64,000 bases of DNA from Zancudomyces culisetae HAW-14-8. Its lineage: Eukaryota > Fungi > Kickxellomycota. Below are positions 1 to 10,505 of this stretch, piece after piece. The stretch is from contig JBNJNM010000012.1 of NCBI GenBank assembly GCA_052426225.1, positions 2,418,001 through 2,482,000 on the forward strand, given 5' to 3'. The first letter of the stretch is position 1, and each line of letters starts with the position of its first letter. The notes beneath the pieces are model-generated. The model did not search any database. It saw nothing but the letters and a program-made list of their open reading frames with translations, and was not told where the DNA came from. A program made the position numbers and the translations under genes.

Positions 1-1
1 G

Positions 2-973
2 TTTGAACAAGCCTCTGCCTGCTACAACGAGGTATTCAATTCCTCCTCCGTCACACTTAATCAAAAGCTTGATATTACCTTTGGTCTGCTACAACTTGGC
101 TTTTTTTCAATGAACGTTAGCCTTGTATCCAAACAATTCGAAACCGCAAAGCAATTGGTCGATAAAGGTGGAGATTGGGAACGTCGTAACCGTCTCAAGG
201 CATATGAATGTATATGGTGGGCTTCGCAACGTGACTTTGACAAGGCTTCGCAGCTGTTCCTTGACTGTCTTTCGACTTTTGCCAGCCCTGAACTTATGCC
301 CTTTTCCGAATTTGTCAAAATTGGATGTGTTTCTGCCGCGCTCTCACTGAATCGTGCTGATCTCAAGAAAAAAGTTACTGCGGCTCCTGAAGTCATTGAA
401 GCTCTTTCACTGATTGAATCTGAACCAGAGCCAACACCAACAACAAACCCAAGTGCAACAGCAGAATCCAAGTCTGGATCAACCTCTACTTCTACTGCTG
501 CTGCTTCTGCTTCTGCTGCGACACAAGCTGCATCTCAATTGACTACAGGTCCTTCTAACACCTATATATCCGATCTGCTATCCAGCCTTTATGACTGCCA
601 GTACAGCAAGCTTTTTTATACTCTGCCAAAGCTTGAACAACAGTTCCTAAAACCAAATAGGTACCTCTACAAACACCGTAACTTTTACATTCGCGAAATG
701 AAGATCAAGGCTTATTCCCAACTACTCCAATCGTACCGTTCACTGACTCTTACCTCCATGGCCAATTCATTTGGTGTTACTGAAGAATTTATTGATCGCG
801 ATCTGTCCAAATATATTGCTTCTGGTAGACTCCATTGTGTTATCGATAAGGTTGCCAAAATTGTTGAAACCAACCGTCCCGACAACAAGAACGCTCAGTT
901 CCAATCTGTCATTAAAAAGGGCGATCTTTTGCTAAACAGAATTCAAAAGCTCTCTCGTGTCATCAACATTTAA
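2..973 (+). CDS. RPN7: 26S proteasome lid subunit Rpn7/PSMD6 (5'-truncated by window edge)
   Basis: GGDWERRNRLK motif, C-terminal PCI domain (QLLQSYRSLTL...IETNRPDNKNAQFQSVIKKGDLLLNRIQKL); frame open from base 2. Confidence 0.95.
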   Translation, partial: FEQASACYNEVFNSSSVTLNQKLDITFGLLQLGFFSMNVSLVSKQFETAKQLVDKGGDWERRNRLKAYECIWWASQRDFDKASQLFLDCLSTFASPELMPFSEFVKIGCVSAALSLNRADLKKKVTAAPEVIEALSLIESEPEPTPTTNPSATAESKSGSTSTSTAAASASAATQAASQLTTGPSNTYISDLLSSLYDCQYSKLFYTLPKLEQQFLKPNRYLYKHRNFYIREMKIKAYSQLLQSYRSLTLTSMANSFGVTEEFIDRDLSKYIASGRLHCVIDKVAKIVETNRPDNKNAQFQSVIKKGDLLLNRIQKLSRVINI

Positions 974-1258
974 TCTCTCCTCTCTTCTCTTTTTTTTTAA
1001 TATTTTCCATATTTTTATTATTACTCGATTGCCATATATATACTTTTATATTTGTCTATACACACAAAAGAATAAACACTATTTTTATCTGTCTTTCCTT
1101 TCTCCTGTTTTCTCAAAGTGTAAAATGAAAATAAAGAAGAGTGAACGTTTCTTTTTTATTCAACAAAGAGATTTTTATTCAAAAAATATATATATCAAAT
1201 CCATTCAAACAACAAAAAAAAAACAAAGGAGAGAGAAAATTGGCTAAAAGTTCATGTC

Positions 1259-2155
1259 TTATACAACTCCTCGTGCCTTAAAGATGGATGTAACATAGTA
1301 AACTTGCCATGCACACACTGTTATCAATGATAGAGATTGGATTACTGCCCACCAGAATACTCTTGATTGCAGACTCATCAATACTATTTTTATGTTTATT
1401 GCATTTAATATTTGTTCCTATTTCTCCTCTTGTAATAATGGGGATAAAGTAATACTTACTGGTTTCATTTTCAACTGTTCTTGACTGCATAAAACTAAAG
1501 TGATCTACTACATCTTCAATATTGTGTGACAGTTCTCTGATCGATTTGTCGATTCCGTCATCAGATACTATTTTGTTATTATTAGTATAGTTGTTAGAAC
1601 CCTGTTCTTTGTGGGTCAAAATTCCATCTTAAATATCAAACTTACTGATTTTGGTCAAGAATAGCTCCTCCTCGGGACTGTGAGGATTAAAGTTGACAAC
1701 CAAACCATAGTTATTTTGATTATCAAAGCAGTATTCGTATGGTCCGTTATCCAAGGCTGTTGTCCCAAAGTTTCCTTCTGTGGAATCCGCTCGTCGAAGA
1801 ATTTCTATTCTCTTGCTATTTCTCATCTATTTTTAATATTTATTGTTTATTGTTTATTTTTTTACTCGTTTACAATTGTGTACTGCTAAATGATATCAAT
1901 AAGAACAAGTAGTCTACTCTGCTCTTGTTATCTGTTGTGGGTAGTGAAATGACATCTAGTATTTACGTAAAAGGAACTTACAACAAAGGTGATTGGTTTC
2001 TTTCCAACAACTTCATAACTGATTGAGAAATGATCTCCCTTCTTCAACACTTCGTAGTAGCAATCCACAGTATTTGGAAGAACTATGGATGTAAACGCCA
2101 GTACGCTGCAAATAACGCTTAATAATACCACCGTCTTGCTTAGTATGTTGACCAT
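1259..2155 (-). CDS. EMP24: p24/GOLD family ER-Golgi cargo receptor, 4 exons (2155-1982, 1826-1646, 1567-1460, 1383-1259; 195 aa)
   Basis: Signal peptide; GOLD cysteines (DCYYE, YEYCFDN); three GTAAGT...AG introns rejoin the frame to give SRVFWWAVIQ-TM-QVYYVTSIFKARGVV*. Confidence 0.85.
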
Positions 2156-2639
2156 CTTTTTTCTCTTTATCCGTATATATTTTTATTAAAAAAAAGTGTA
2201 AATAGTAAATGGTTAATAGTAAATACTATCCCTTTATTTATTTAGCACAAGAAATATCCATTTATTTCCGCAAACAATAACAAAAAAATATACAAGTGTA
2301 ATAATGGAAACGTTATTCGCAAACAATGCACGTATTTTTTTTTTTTGTTAATTTTTAACATCCACTTTTTATTTTACGAGCAAAATGTGTGCACAAACGA
2401 CCAACTTTTATTATTTTTTGGCAAGTGAAGATGGGGAATTTAAAAGTAGAATTCCAATACTTTTACAATTATTCAAGCCCTTTTCCTTTTCCTTTTTGTA
2501 TTTTTTTTAGTATTTTACTTGTATTTATGTTATTGGATGTAAATCGACAATATATTTTATTGGCCTTGAACAAGGAAACTTGCTCAGTAAATTATCTATA
2601 TTATACATTTTCTTTTTTTTTCAACAAGGTTAGAGTGCT

Positions 2640-3190
2640 TAGGATTACAGTGTTGCCCCTCATAGGCATTAAATAATATACTGGTTCGGCTTGATCTATA
2701 GATAGTGTATCATTAAAATGTATATGCCCTTAACCACATTAACTACCGTCTAGCTGGCAATTATTATTCTAGTATTTAATTCAATGTCTTTGGTAACCAT
2801 ATCAGTTTAAAATACAAGTATAACAATCGTATCTATACTAGAAGAGTCTGTTCAGGTCACAGTGCTCTATTTATTAAAAAGACTCAAAAAGTCTTTATTT
2901 AACATTGGTATTGTTATCAAAGTAACAAGAAAAAAGTGGGCAACGAGTGGTATATTCCAGCAAAACACGAATGGCTGGATAACTGAGAATAAATGATTTG
3001 GGTCCAAGTTAGAACCCCAAATACCGACATTGCCGCAAATAGATATATGAATATCTATCCCAAAGGGATCATGGCTAATTAACCCAATGCTTTGGAATAA
3101 TGTCTATAATTTCACATTATTCCGGAGACACAGCAGTTCTAGCTGCGCTATGAGATTGTAACTTTTTGCGTTGATTACATTTTCCTGCCT
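2640..3190 (+). ncRNA. Highly structured RNA, candidate telomerase RNA (TER)
   Basis: Enclosing helix 2651-2658/2938-2945; hairpin closed by GGCAT 2665-2669/ATGCC 2724-2728 abutting TTAACCACATTAAC 2730-2743; crossing stems 2767-2775/2835-2843 and 2786-2796/2871-2883; three-way junction 3069-3153; Sm-like AACTTTTTG 3160-3168; G-U pairs mostly favour the + strand. Confidence 0.45.
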
Positions 3191-3783
3191 TTTTATTTAT
3201 TCTTGGGATGGAATGAGGTGTGGGAGAAGGGGGCGGCTGATCATTTAAAATCTTGTTTGTACTGCGGAATCACAACACTAAATTGTATTAGTAATACAAA
3301 TGGCTTTTCTATATTACCGAATAAAAAAAAATTTTCAGGCTATACTAAAAATTTTTTTATGATCCTGCCATAATACACACACAAAAAATTAGGCTGGAAA
3401 GTTAAGATATTTAATATACTAATACTATTACAAGTATTCAGCACAAATAACAGACTAGACTAAATTCAGAAACTTAATTCTAAGTCGCGAATAAAGCCTC
3501 ACTGATATACTAGAAACAAAAATACTGGAATTGTTGCGCAATCGGCATTTTCTGAACAAATATTAACATTTAGGTATTGCGAGCGTGTTTGAGTATTGTG
3601 TGCAAATAACCGCAGCTGGATTACTACCCCGAAAAAGATACTAATAGATAAAACAATTTGCGACAGAACTATTTTTGGCTTGCACCCTGTTTCGATTCAA
3701 AGATATTTTAAACGATCAACAAACTCCAAGATTCGGGTTATACAGAACTTTGCAATTAATTTGAAAAGTCAATAATAGAAAAA

Positions 3784-6013
3784 ATGCCACCAAGACACAA
3801 AGCCAATAATTCAGGCTTGGGTAGAGCCGTTATTAGAAAAAGATTCGAAGGGCAACGAAAGCCAGTTGATGGAGAAGTTATCAAGGTAAGAATTTTATTT
3901 AGACAAGTCTTATTATTATTTTGGTTATTATTTCTTAACCATGCTGCTCTTATTTAAATTTCATTGCATTTTATTAAACAACAATTGTATATTACAACTG
4001 GAAATTAGCACACTACCGAGCTGGACGATGGGGCGAAATGGGTCAAAATGCAGTCTATCACCCAACAGGGTGATTTGGAAGAATTTTTACACACAGCCCA
4101 GCTTGCTGATAAGGATTTTACAGCAGAAAAAAGAAACGTGAAAATTATTTCAAAGGCAGAAGCATCGTTAAACGGAGGAAATTTGTTCTTGCTATCAAAA
4201 GAAGAAGAGAGACAGGTTTTGGAAAAACATAAAGAAAATAAAAGCCGACTGAAGGTTCCTAGAAGGTAAATAAAACTTTGTATTTTCTTCAAACTCTTTA
4301 CTTTTTAACTAAATGTAAATATGGTTACTGATGGTCCACTGATACTACCATTTGAATAGACCCAAATGGACAAAGGAAACTACAGCAGACGAATTACACA
4401 AAATGGAGAGAGAAGACTTTTTGGAGTGGAGACGAGAACTGGCAATGCTACAAGAACAAGAAGGGCTGCTATTGACACCCTATGAACGAAATATCGAGGT
4501 ATGGAGACAATTGTGGAGAGTTCTTGAGAGATCACAAATAGTAGTTCAAATAGTAGATGCACGAAACCCATTACTCTTCCGCTGTGAGGATCTGGAAGTG
4601 TATTGTAAGGAAATAGATCCACACAAGAAATGTTACTTGCTTATAAACAAGGCTGATTTGCTTACTGAGAAACAACGAGAGTATTGGGCAGATTATTTTG
4701 AAAAGCACAATATTGAGTATATGTTTTTCTCTGCAAAAGAAGCAGTAGTAAAGCAGACAGAGGAACAAGAACTTTTAAAGCAACAACTCTCCAATAGCCC
4801 AGATCAGGAAGCAGCCAAGGATCAAGATCGAAAAGAAAATATTGACAAGGCTGAAGAAGAGCTAGAAAAAAGATTGTCTGAAATCAAGCTCACACAAGAA
4901 CGGGCAAGAACAAGCGTGCTTTCCCCAGAAGAACTTGTTTCGGTCTTAAAGAAATCTGTATTTGCAAAGAGCAGTGTTGAATCTCAGCCACAAAACAGAG
5001 TTGTGATTGGTTTGGTCGGTTATCCAAACGTCGGTAAATCTTCCACTATCAACGCACTTCTCGGCTCAAAAAAGGTATCTGTTGGTTCAATGCCTGGCAA
5101 GACAAAACATTTCCAGACCATCCTGCTTACCGAAAACATTATGCTGTGTGATTGTCCAGGGTTGGTATTCCCAACATTTGCAACCACCAAAGCCGACATG
5201 GTAATCAACGGTGTCCTACCCATCGACCAACTGACCGAATATACCGGTCCAGCTGCTCTGGTTGCTCAACGCATTCCTGCCTGGGTCATTGAAGCCACCT
5301 ATGGAATCTCTGTGTTTTCTAGCAAACCTGGTAACAACACTTCTTCAACTCCTACTGGTGAGGATCTGTTGGTTTCGTTTGCAGCTGCTAGAGGCTTGAC
5401 AAAGAGTGGCCAGGGAAATCCTGACGAATCCAGAGCTGCCCGTATCATCTTAAAGGACTATGTCACTGGAAAACTGCTCTATACTCATCCTCCACCCAGC
5501 GTCGATGCTCCTATCTTCAATGCAGAACTATTTGATCAGTCCCAATTCCTCAAGAAAAACTCCAAAAACTTTATAGATCCGAAGACTGGCTCGCTTGTTG
5601 TTCACCATCCTGCCTCCAACCGTCAAAATGTCACCAAAGTCCTCAACTCTTCCCTATTGTCGTCCTCCAATGCCTCCACAAATACTGCTGCCGAGATTGA
5701 CTCTTCCTTCTTCATTGACTCTCTGGCTGCTACCAACAAAGGCAATATCTCTTCTATGCTACCCAAATTCAAGGGCCAAAAACAGGGATACAAATCAGCT
5801 GTAACCTCTTACAAGGTTGACAACAGCGGAAACGCTCTTCCCGTCATCTCTAACGTTGAAAATGCCATTTCAATGGCTCAATCAATTAAACTCTCGTCTG
5901 CTGATGGTTCTACCACCTCCTCATCATATGGTAAAAACCTCCGCGACCCCACCAAAAATCATAAAAAGGGTAAAAAGAATATCAAAGTTAGAAGCGGCAG
6001 TATCTATTCGTAG
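3784..6013 (+). CDS. LSG1: Large-subunit export GTPase Lsg1, 3 exons (3784-3885, 4009-4265, 4360-6013)
   Basis: Circularly permuted GTPase motifs DARNP, NKAD, GYPNVGKSS, GKTKHFQT, DCPG; WRQLWRVLERS; two canonical introns. Confidence 0.95.
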
Positions 6014-6389
6014 ATTTTTTTATTTCACTCCTTCCTTCCTTTTTTAATTTTAAATGTTCCGTCTGCCTTTAATTATTATATCTTAGATTTCAATGTATAA
6101 ATCTTGGTTTGTTTGTTTTTTTTTTTTGCTTTGTGCTTTTTAGCTACTAAATTATAAATATACCTTTTACCAATACAAAATTGTTCACTAAGCTAAGCTT
6201 CATTCAATTGGATTTATTTGGTAATTTCTGCTTGCTAAGTGAAAAAATTTTTCATCATTCTGGTTTAAAAAAAACAAAAGCGCAAAAAAATATCTATAAA
6301 AGGTGTTTATTTTCCCATTTTTATATAAAACTAATTCACAACTCTAGTCTTTTGCAAAAAACTAAACTGTACCATCAAAAGTGCTTCTG

Positions 6390-6716
6390 GTAGGTGAAGA
6401 GCTGGGTGGAACGGTTTGAAATGTACAACGTAAGTATATTTTATTATAATTTTCATACCTTCAATTTACCAAGAAAAGAAAATGATGAATCTTTTTTTTT
6501 TATATTTGCACGTCAGTATGAATATAATACAATTTTTGTATGCCTTTGTGATTAAGCATATTTCTACAACGTATATATTCGTATATACAACATTCTGATT
6601 TTTCATTCTTTTGTACTCGAGTCATCCAGCTCTTGCTACTATTTTATACATTTTCCTGATAAATTATCCATAAACTAACCTTCTGTCAATTTACTATATT
6701 TCTCGAACTAGAATAG
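6390..6716 (+). other. Spliceosomal intron of an apparently non-coding snoRNA host transcript
   Basis: Donors GTAGGT (6390) and GTAAGT (6430), branch CTAAC (6675-6679), acceptors TAG (6711/6716); RRPE-like TGAAAAAATTTT at 6240; no convincing ORF. Confidence 0.65.
6477..6604 (+). ncRNA. Box C/D snoRNA, snR72-like (guides LSU Am876, yeast numbering)
   Basis: C box ATGATGA 6482-6488, D' ATGA 6518-6521, C' GTGATTA 6548-6554, D CTGA 6595-6598; guide ATTTGCACGTCAG 6504-6516 is complementary to conserved LSU CUGACGUGCAAAU; the +5 rule hits the A of CUGAC. Confidence 0.88.
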
Positions 6717-7345
6717 ACCGCCGCACTAGCTGTGTTAACTTTTCAAAATGTTCTTTTAGAATTCATTTGTTCCTTTCTTATTTTGTTTGATAATGTTCTT
6801 AATAAACTCATGTATAACTTGAAAAAGCATAAACTTTTGTTACATTACCACCAGAGTTGCACACTAGACTAGACGTCTGCTTTCAATACCTCAAAGTGCT
6901 GTTTCTCGCTCTTTTTGGCTTTTTAGCCTTTTTCACACTGTTCTAAGCGATTTTAAAATAGAATCGTACTTTTCGTTTAAAGTCCAAATTTCGACTAAAC
7001 AAATACTGTGAAAAATAAAGCTGAAAAAAAAAATAAACAATAAAATATTGTGATTTGGAGGTTTTGCAGGTATAGCTAGGAAAAATATATATATTCGAAG
7101 GAAAATAGTTGCTGTTATTCTTAAAAACTGAATACACCCAGCCTAATTTCCCAACGTAATATTGGTACAGTGGCCAGGATTATCTTTTTTTTTTTGGTTG
7201 TTCTACAGATTATTGCACCTAGTCCGGTAGATTAATACGATACATTAACCAAATCATAAAAATTGCAGAGTAGGGCGAAATTAGCAAATTACAAAAAAGG
7301 TGCCCCTTTAAACAACAATAACTAGAAAATATTCAGCCATACAAA

Positions 7346-10192
7346 ATGAGCAACAATAAGAAAAGGAAACCAGATAACTACGATCAAAATGATAATGCAT
7401 TTACAGCTACCACCCTGTCCACCCCAAAAGTGGCACCACCAGTTGGATCCGAATCTGGCTCTGGGGTTTCTAGATTACGTTTAAAGAAATTACATTTGGC
7501 TGATAAAAATGAGACTCAAGACAAAATTGATCTAGGAGGTGAAAATAGACAAAACAGAGCAACCATCACGACCAACGGTGGCTTTACAGCAGGGTTTGCC
7601 AGTAGACTTGCCAAACCGAGTTTAGCATTCCACAAACTTTTGAACAGCGAGAATAGCGAGTCAAAATTACGACTTGATCTTGATCAGAGCAAGACAGAGA
7701 ACATCAAATTGCAGTACGAAATATCCATGCTCAAGAACAAACTAGAGAAACGCGAAATGGAGGTTGAAACTCTGAAAAAAGACAGCTCCAATGCATTAGA
7801 TCATTCTACTCAAAAGATTAAAACCCTGGAAAATGAAAAGCAATTTTTATTTGATAGCGAACAAAAGTTGCAATCTCAGCTTGAAAATTTGAAAAAAAAG
7901 TTGGAGGCCCAGAATTTAAGCGCTGTGCGGGCTGAAAATAACTATAGACAACTACTGAGACAAAAGGAGGAAGAGTATATTCAACTTTCTGAAACCAGCC
8001 AGAATCGAAACTCTGAAGGTCACAGAGCAGTTCAAGAATTACAAGAAAAGTTGGTTGATGCAGAAAGCCGTGGAAAAATATTAGAGGCCCAGGTGTTGGG
8101 TCTTTATAACGAACTGAGTGTAGAGCACGGCGAGAGTCTAGTTGAAGGGGATACCATAGCGAGTATCAGAACACTATTTCACGCTAAACAAAAGAAAATC
8201 CAGGATTTAGAAGCATACATAACAAAAAATGAAATTTTGGATAATGCTGCTGGGGATGTAGAATATCAAGATTCTGACCAAACGGAAACGATTGAGAACA
8301 ATGAAACGCCTCTGCAGGAGGAGAATCCAGAGCAAATAACCTCAGATATAGACAATATTAAAAAAGAAACAACCGTAACGCCTTCGAAAAAGAAAAACGA
8401 CGCCTTTATTGCTGGTATGGAAAGGGAAATTGGTCGATTGCTAACACAGATATCGGAATTAACGAATGAAAATACTGAGCTTAGAAAAAAGATAGAGGAT
8501 GCCGAATCTAAAGTTAGGAACTGTCTGCTTTTGGAGGAAAAGATCGAAAGCCTGGAAAGTAAACTGCGGTTCACCGGGGAGTTGAAGTCCCAGTTTGCAG
8601 AGTTGGAGGCAAAGTACAACATGGTTGAACAGGAAAAGAGAGAGTGGAGCAAAGTATTTGCCGAAAATAATGCATTTGATTCGCCATACAAAGCAGCGGT
8701 GGAGGTATCCAAACTACAAGGTCAAATACAATCACTAACCACACAAGTGAAAGGGTTGTTAGAATCCACTCATACAAAGCAGGAATCTATAGATACATTA
8801 GAGGCGAAACTAAAGGAATGTAAAGCAATGTGTGAAACCTTTGTGAACGAAAACAAAATACTTTCTCGGAAAGTAGTGTTCTTAGAAAAAAGTAAAAATA
8901 GTTCAGGTAAAGAAATCGAGTTTTTAAGACACCAACTCAAATCCTACGATCTGGAAGAAGAAAGTCTTGCCGCTGATGGCTCATTTGATTCCGTTAAAAC
9001 CAAAAGAATACAAGACCTGGAAGAGTTGTTGATTACGCAACGCAAGTGGATTGAAGAGCTCGAAGGCAGTTTCAGTGCTAATCAAGCCAGCCAACCAACC
9101 GGTTCTGCCGACGCTCCTTCTCTTTCATCTTTCCCCTTATCTTCGGCGACTACAGCTTCTATCCCTCGCACTGGTGCCATATTCACTGGGCTAGAAAATA
9201 AAATAAAGCAATTATCTGTTGATTTAGAATCCAAATCCATAGAAATTGATGGCTTGAATGCCAAGATCAAAAGTCTATCAGATATGAAAAGCACTTTGGA
9301 AAAGACCATCGAAACCCACGAGACCCATATCCATTCTCTACAGCTTCAGCTCGGCAATGGTGGCTACAATCCTCTTACCACTCGCGTATTGATGTTGAAG
9401 GACAACCCTGCATCCAATGATTTTAAAATTCGAACCGAAACGTTGGAAAAGCTAAAAGCAGAAAACAAGTCTTTACTGGAGCAATTATTTAAAGTGACAT
9501 CATCAGAGCCAAACAATAAGAAAAGCACAACGTTATCTCTCGGATTTCCTATAGATCCACATACACCGCAGTCTGGAAACGAGCACGGATCGCAACAACA
9601 ACAACAACAACAACACATCGAAGATTCTTCAATGGAAAAAGTATCCGAATCGATATCGAAACCATCATCAGGATCAACACCAACATCATTATCAATCCAG
9701 CCTTCTACTCTTGTTTCCTTACGCCCTACTATCGACAATCTGAATCTTGAGATTTCTCAACTCAAGGAAAAGCTGGCAGACGAACAAAAACTCATTTCCA
9801 GGCTTCGCGAGGCGTTTAAAGAGGAGATTAAAGAATTCACACAAACCGTTGCAGATATTTTGGGTTATGATGTTGTTTTCAACAAAAACGGATCCATTAG
9901 GTTTTCATCTGTATACCTGAGGGATACTTGCTTTAATTTTGTAATTAGAAATTCTGGTGATGTTGGTGGTGGTAGAAATACTGCTGCATCGAGTGCAGAG
10001 GCTTCTGGTCCCTCTTCTACTGGTGGGAGGGGTAATGGTCGTGAAAGCAGGATTGAACTCATTGGAGGTGCTAGTAGAGAGTATATCCGGGGCTTAGGTA
10101 CTGACATCAAGCATTATATTTCCGACCTGGGAAGTATACCATGTTTTATGGCTAATGTTACATTACAAAACTTTAGGGGTCTTAGTGAATAG
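7346..10192 (+). CDS. MAD1: Spindle assembly checkpoint protein Mad1
   Basis: Long coiled coil; Mad2-binding region TRVLMLKDNP; RLRE (RLK-like) motif; C-terminal ILGY...SIPCFMANVTL. Confidence 0.88.
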   Translation: MSNNKKRKPDNYDQNDNAFTATTLSTPKVAPPVGSESGSGVSRLRLKKLHLADKNETQDKIDLGGENRQNRATITTNGGFTAGFASRLAKPSLAFHKLLNSENSESKLRLDLDQSKTENIKLQYEISMLKNKLEKREMEVETLKKDSSNALDHSTQKIKTLENEKQFLFDSEQKLQSQLENLKKKLEAQNLSAVRAENNYRQLLRQKEEEYIQLSETSQNRNSEGHRAVQELQEKLVDAESRGKILEAQVLGLYNELSVEHGESLVEGDTIASIRTLFHAKQKKIQDLEAYITKNEILDNAAGDVEYQDSDQTETIENNETPLQEENPEQITSDIDNIKKETTVTPSKKKNDAFIAGMEREIGRLLTQISELTNENTELRKKIEDAESKVRNCLLLEEKIESLESKLRFTGELKSQFAELEAKYNMVEQEKREWSKVFAENNAFDSPYKAAVEVSKLQGQIQSLTTQVKGLLESTHTKQESIDTLEAKLKECKAMCETFVNENKILSRKVVFLEKSKNSSGKEIEFLRHQLKSYDLEEESLAADGSFDSVKTKRIQDLEELLITQRKWIEELEGSFSANQASQPTGSADAPSLSSFPLSSATTASIPRTGAIFTGLENKIKQLSVDLESKSIEIDGLNAKIKSLSDMKSTLEKTIETHETHIHSLQLQLGNGGYNPLTTRVLMLKDNPASNDFKIRTETLEKLKAENKSLLEQLFKVTSSEPNNKKSTTLSLGFPIDPHTPQSGNEHGSQQQQQQQHIEDSSMEKVSESISKPSSGSTPTSLSIQPSTLVSLRPTIDNLNLEISQLKEKLADEQKLISRLREAFKEEIKEFTQTVADILGYDVVFNKNGSIRFSSVYLRDTCFNFVIRNSGDVGGGRNTAASSAEASGPSSTGGRGNGRESRIELIGGASREYIRGLGTDIKHYISDLGSIPCFMANVTLQNFRGLSE

Positions 10193-10505
10193 CACTAATT
10201 GTGTCCCTATATTCAATTTTTCTGATATTACCACTCTCCTTCCCTCCCTCCCCCCTCCCTCCAACTTTCCGTTCACTTTTGTTTAATTGTTTTTCTATAA
10301 TGTTGTTTTACCAATTTTTATTTAAGTAATTCATGCATTCCAATATTTCCTATATTTTGGATCAATATTTTTGTTTTTATAGTTATTCAATTCCTATTCT
10401 AGGAATATTCTAGAAACAAATATAATCAAAAGTAAACAGGAATAATGATGATATAACGATAATAAAACTAAGTAATAAACTCTTCCCGCGCCCCCTCCAT
10501 TCCAA

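Noticed and set aside
1620-1631. Apparent in-frame TAA between ORFs 1629-1826 and 1278-1619 (possible readthrough)
   Set aside because: The stop lies inside a canonical GTAAGT...AG intron (1645-1568); splicing gives a normal p24 protein.
2950-2960. snR30/U17 m1-like ATATTCC within the structured element
   Set aside because: No m2 (AAACCAU) partner and not in a 3'-terminal hairpin; RNase P/MRP CR-I/CR-V and U snRNA signatures are also absent.
8266-10110. Many 60-150 aa antisense ORFs overlapping real genes (here in MAD1; also in UTP6, FAS and the thiolases)
   Set aside because: Shadow ORFs from codon bias on the coding strand; no recognisable domains.
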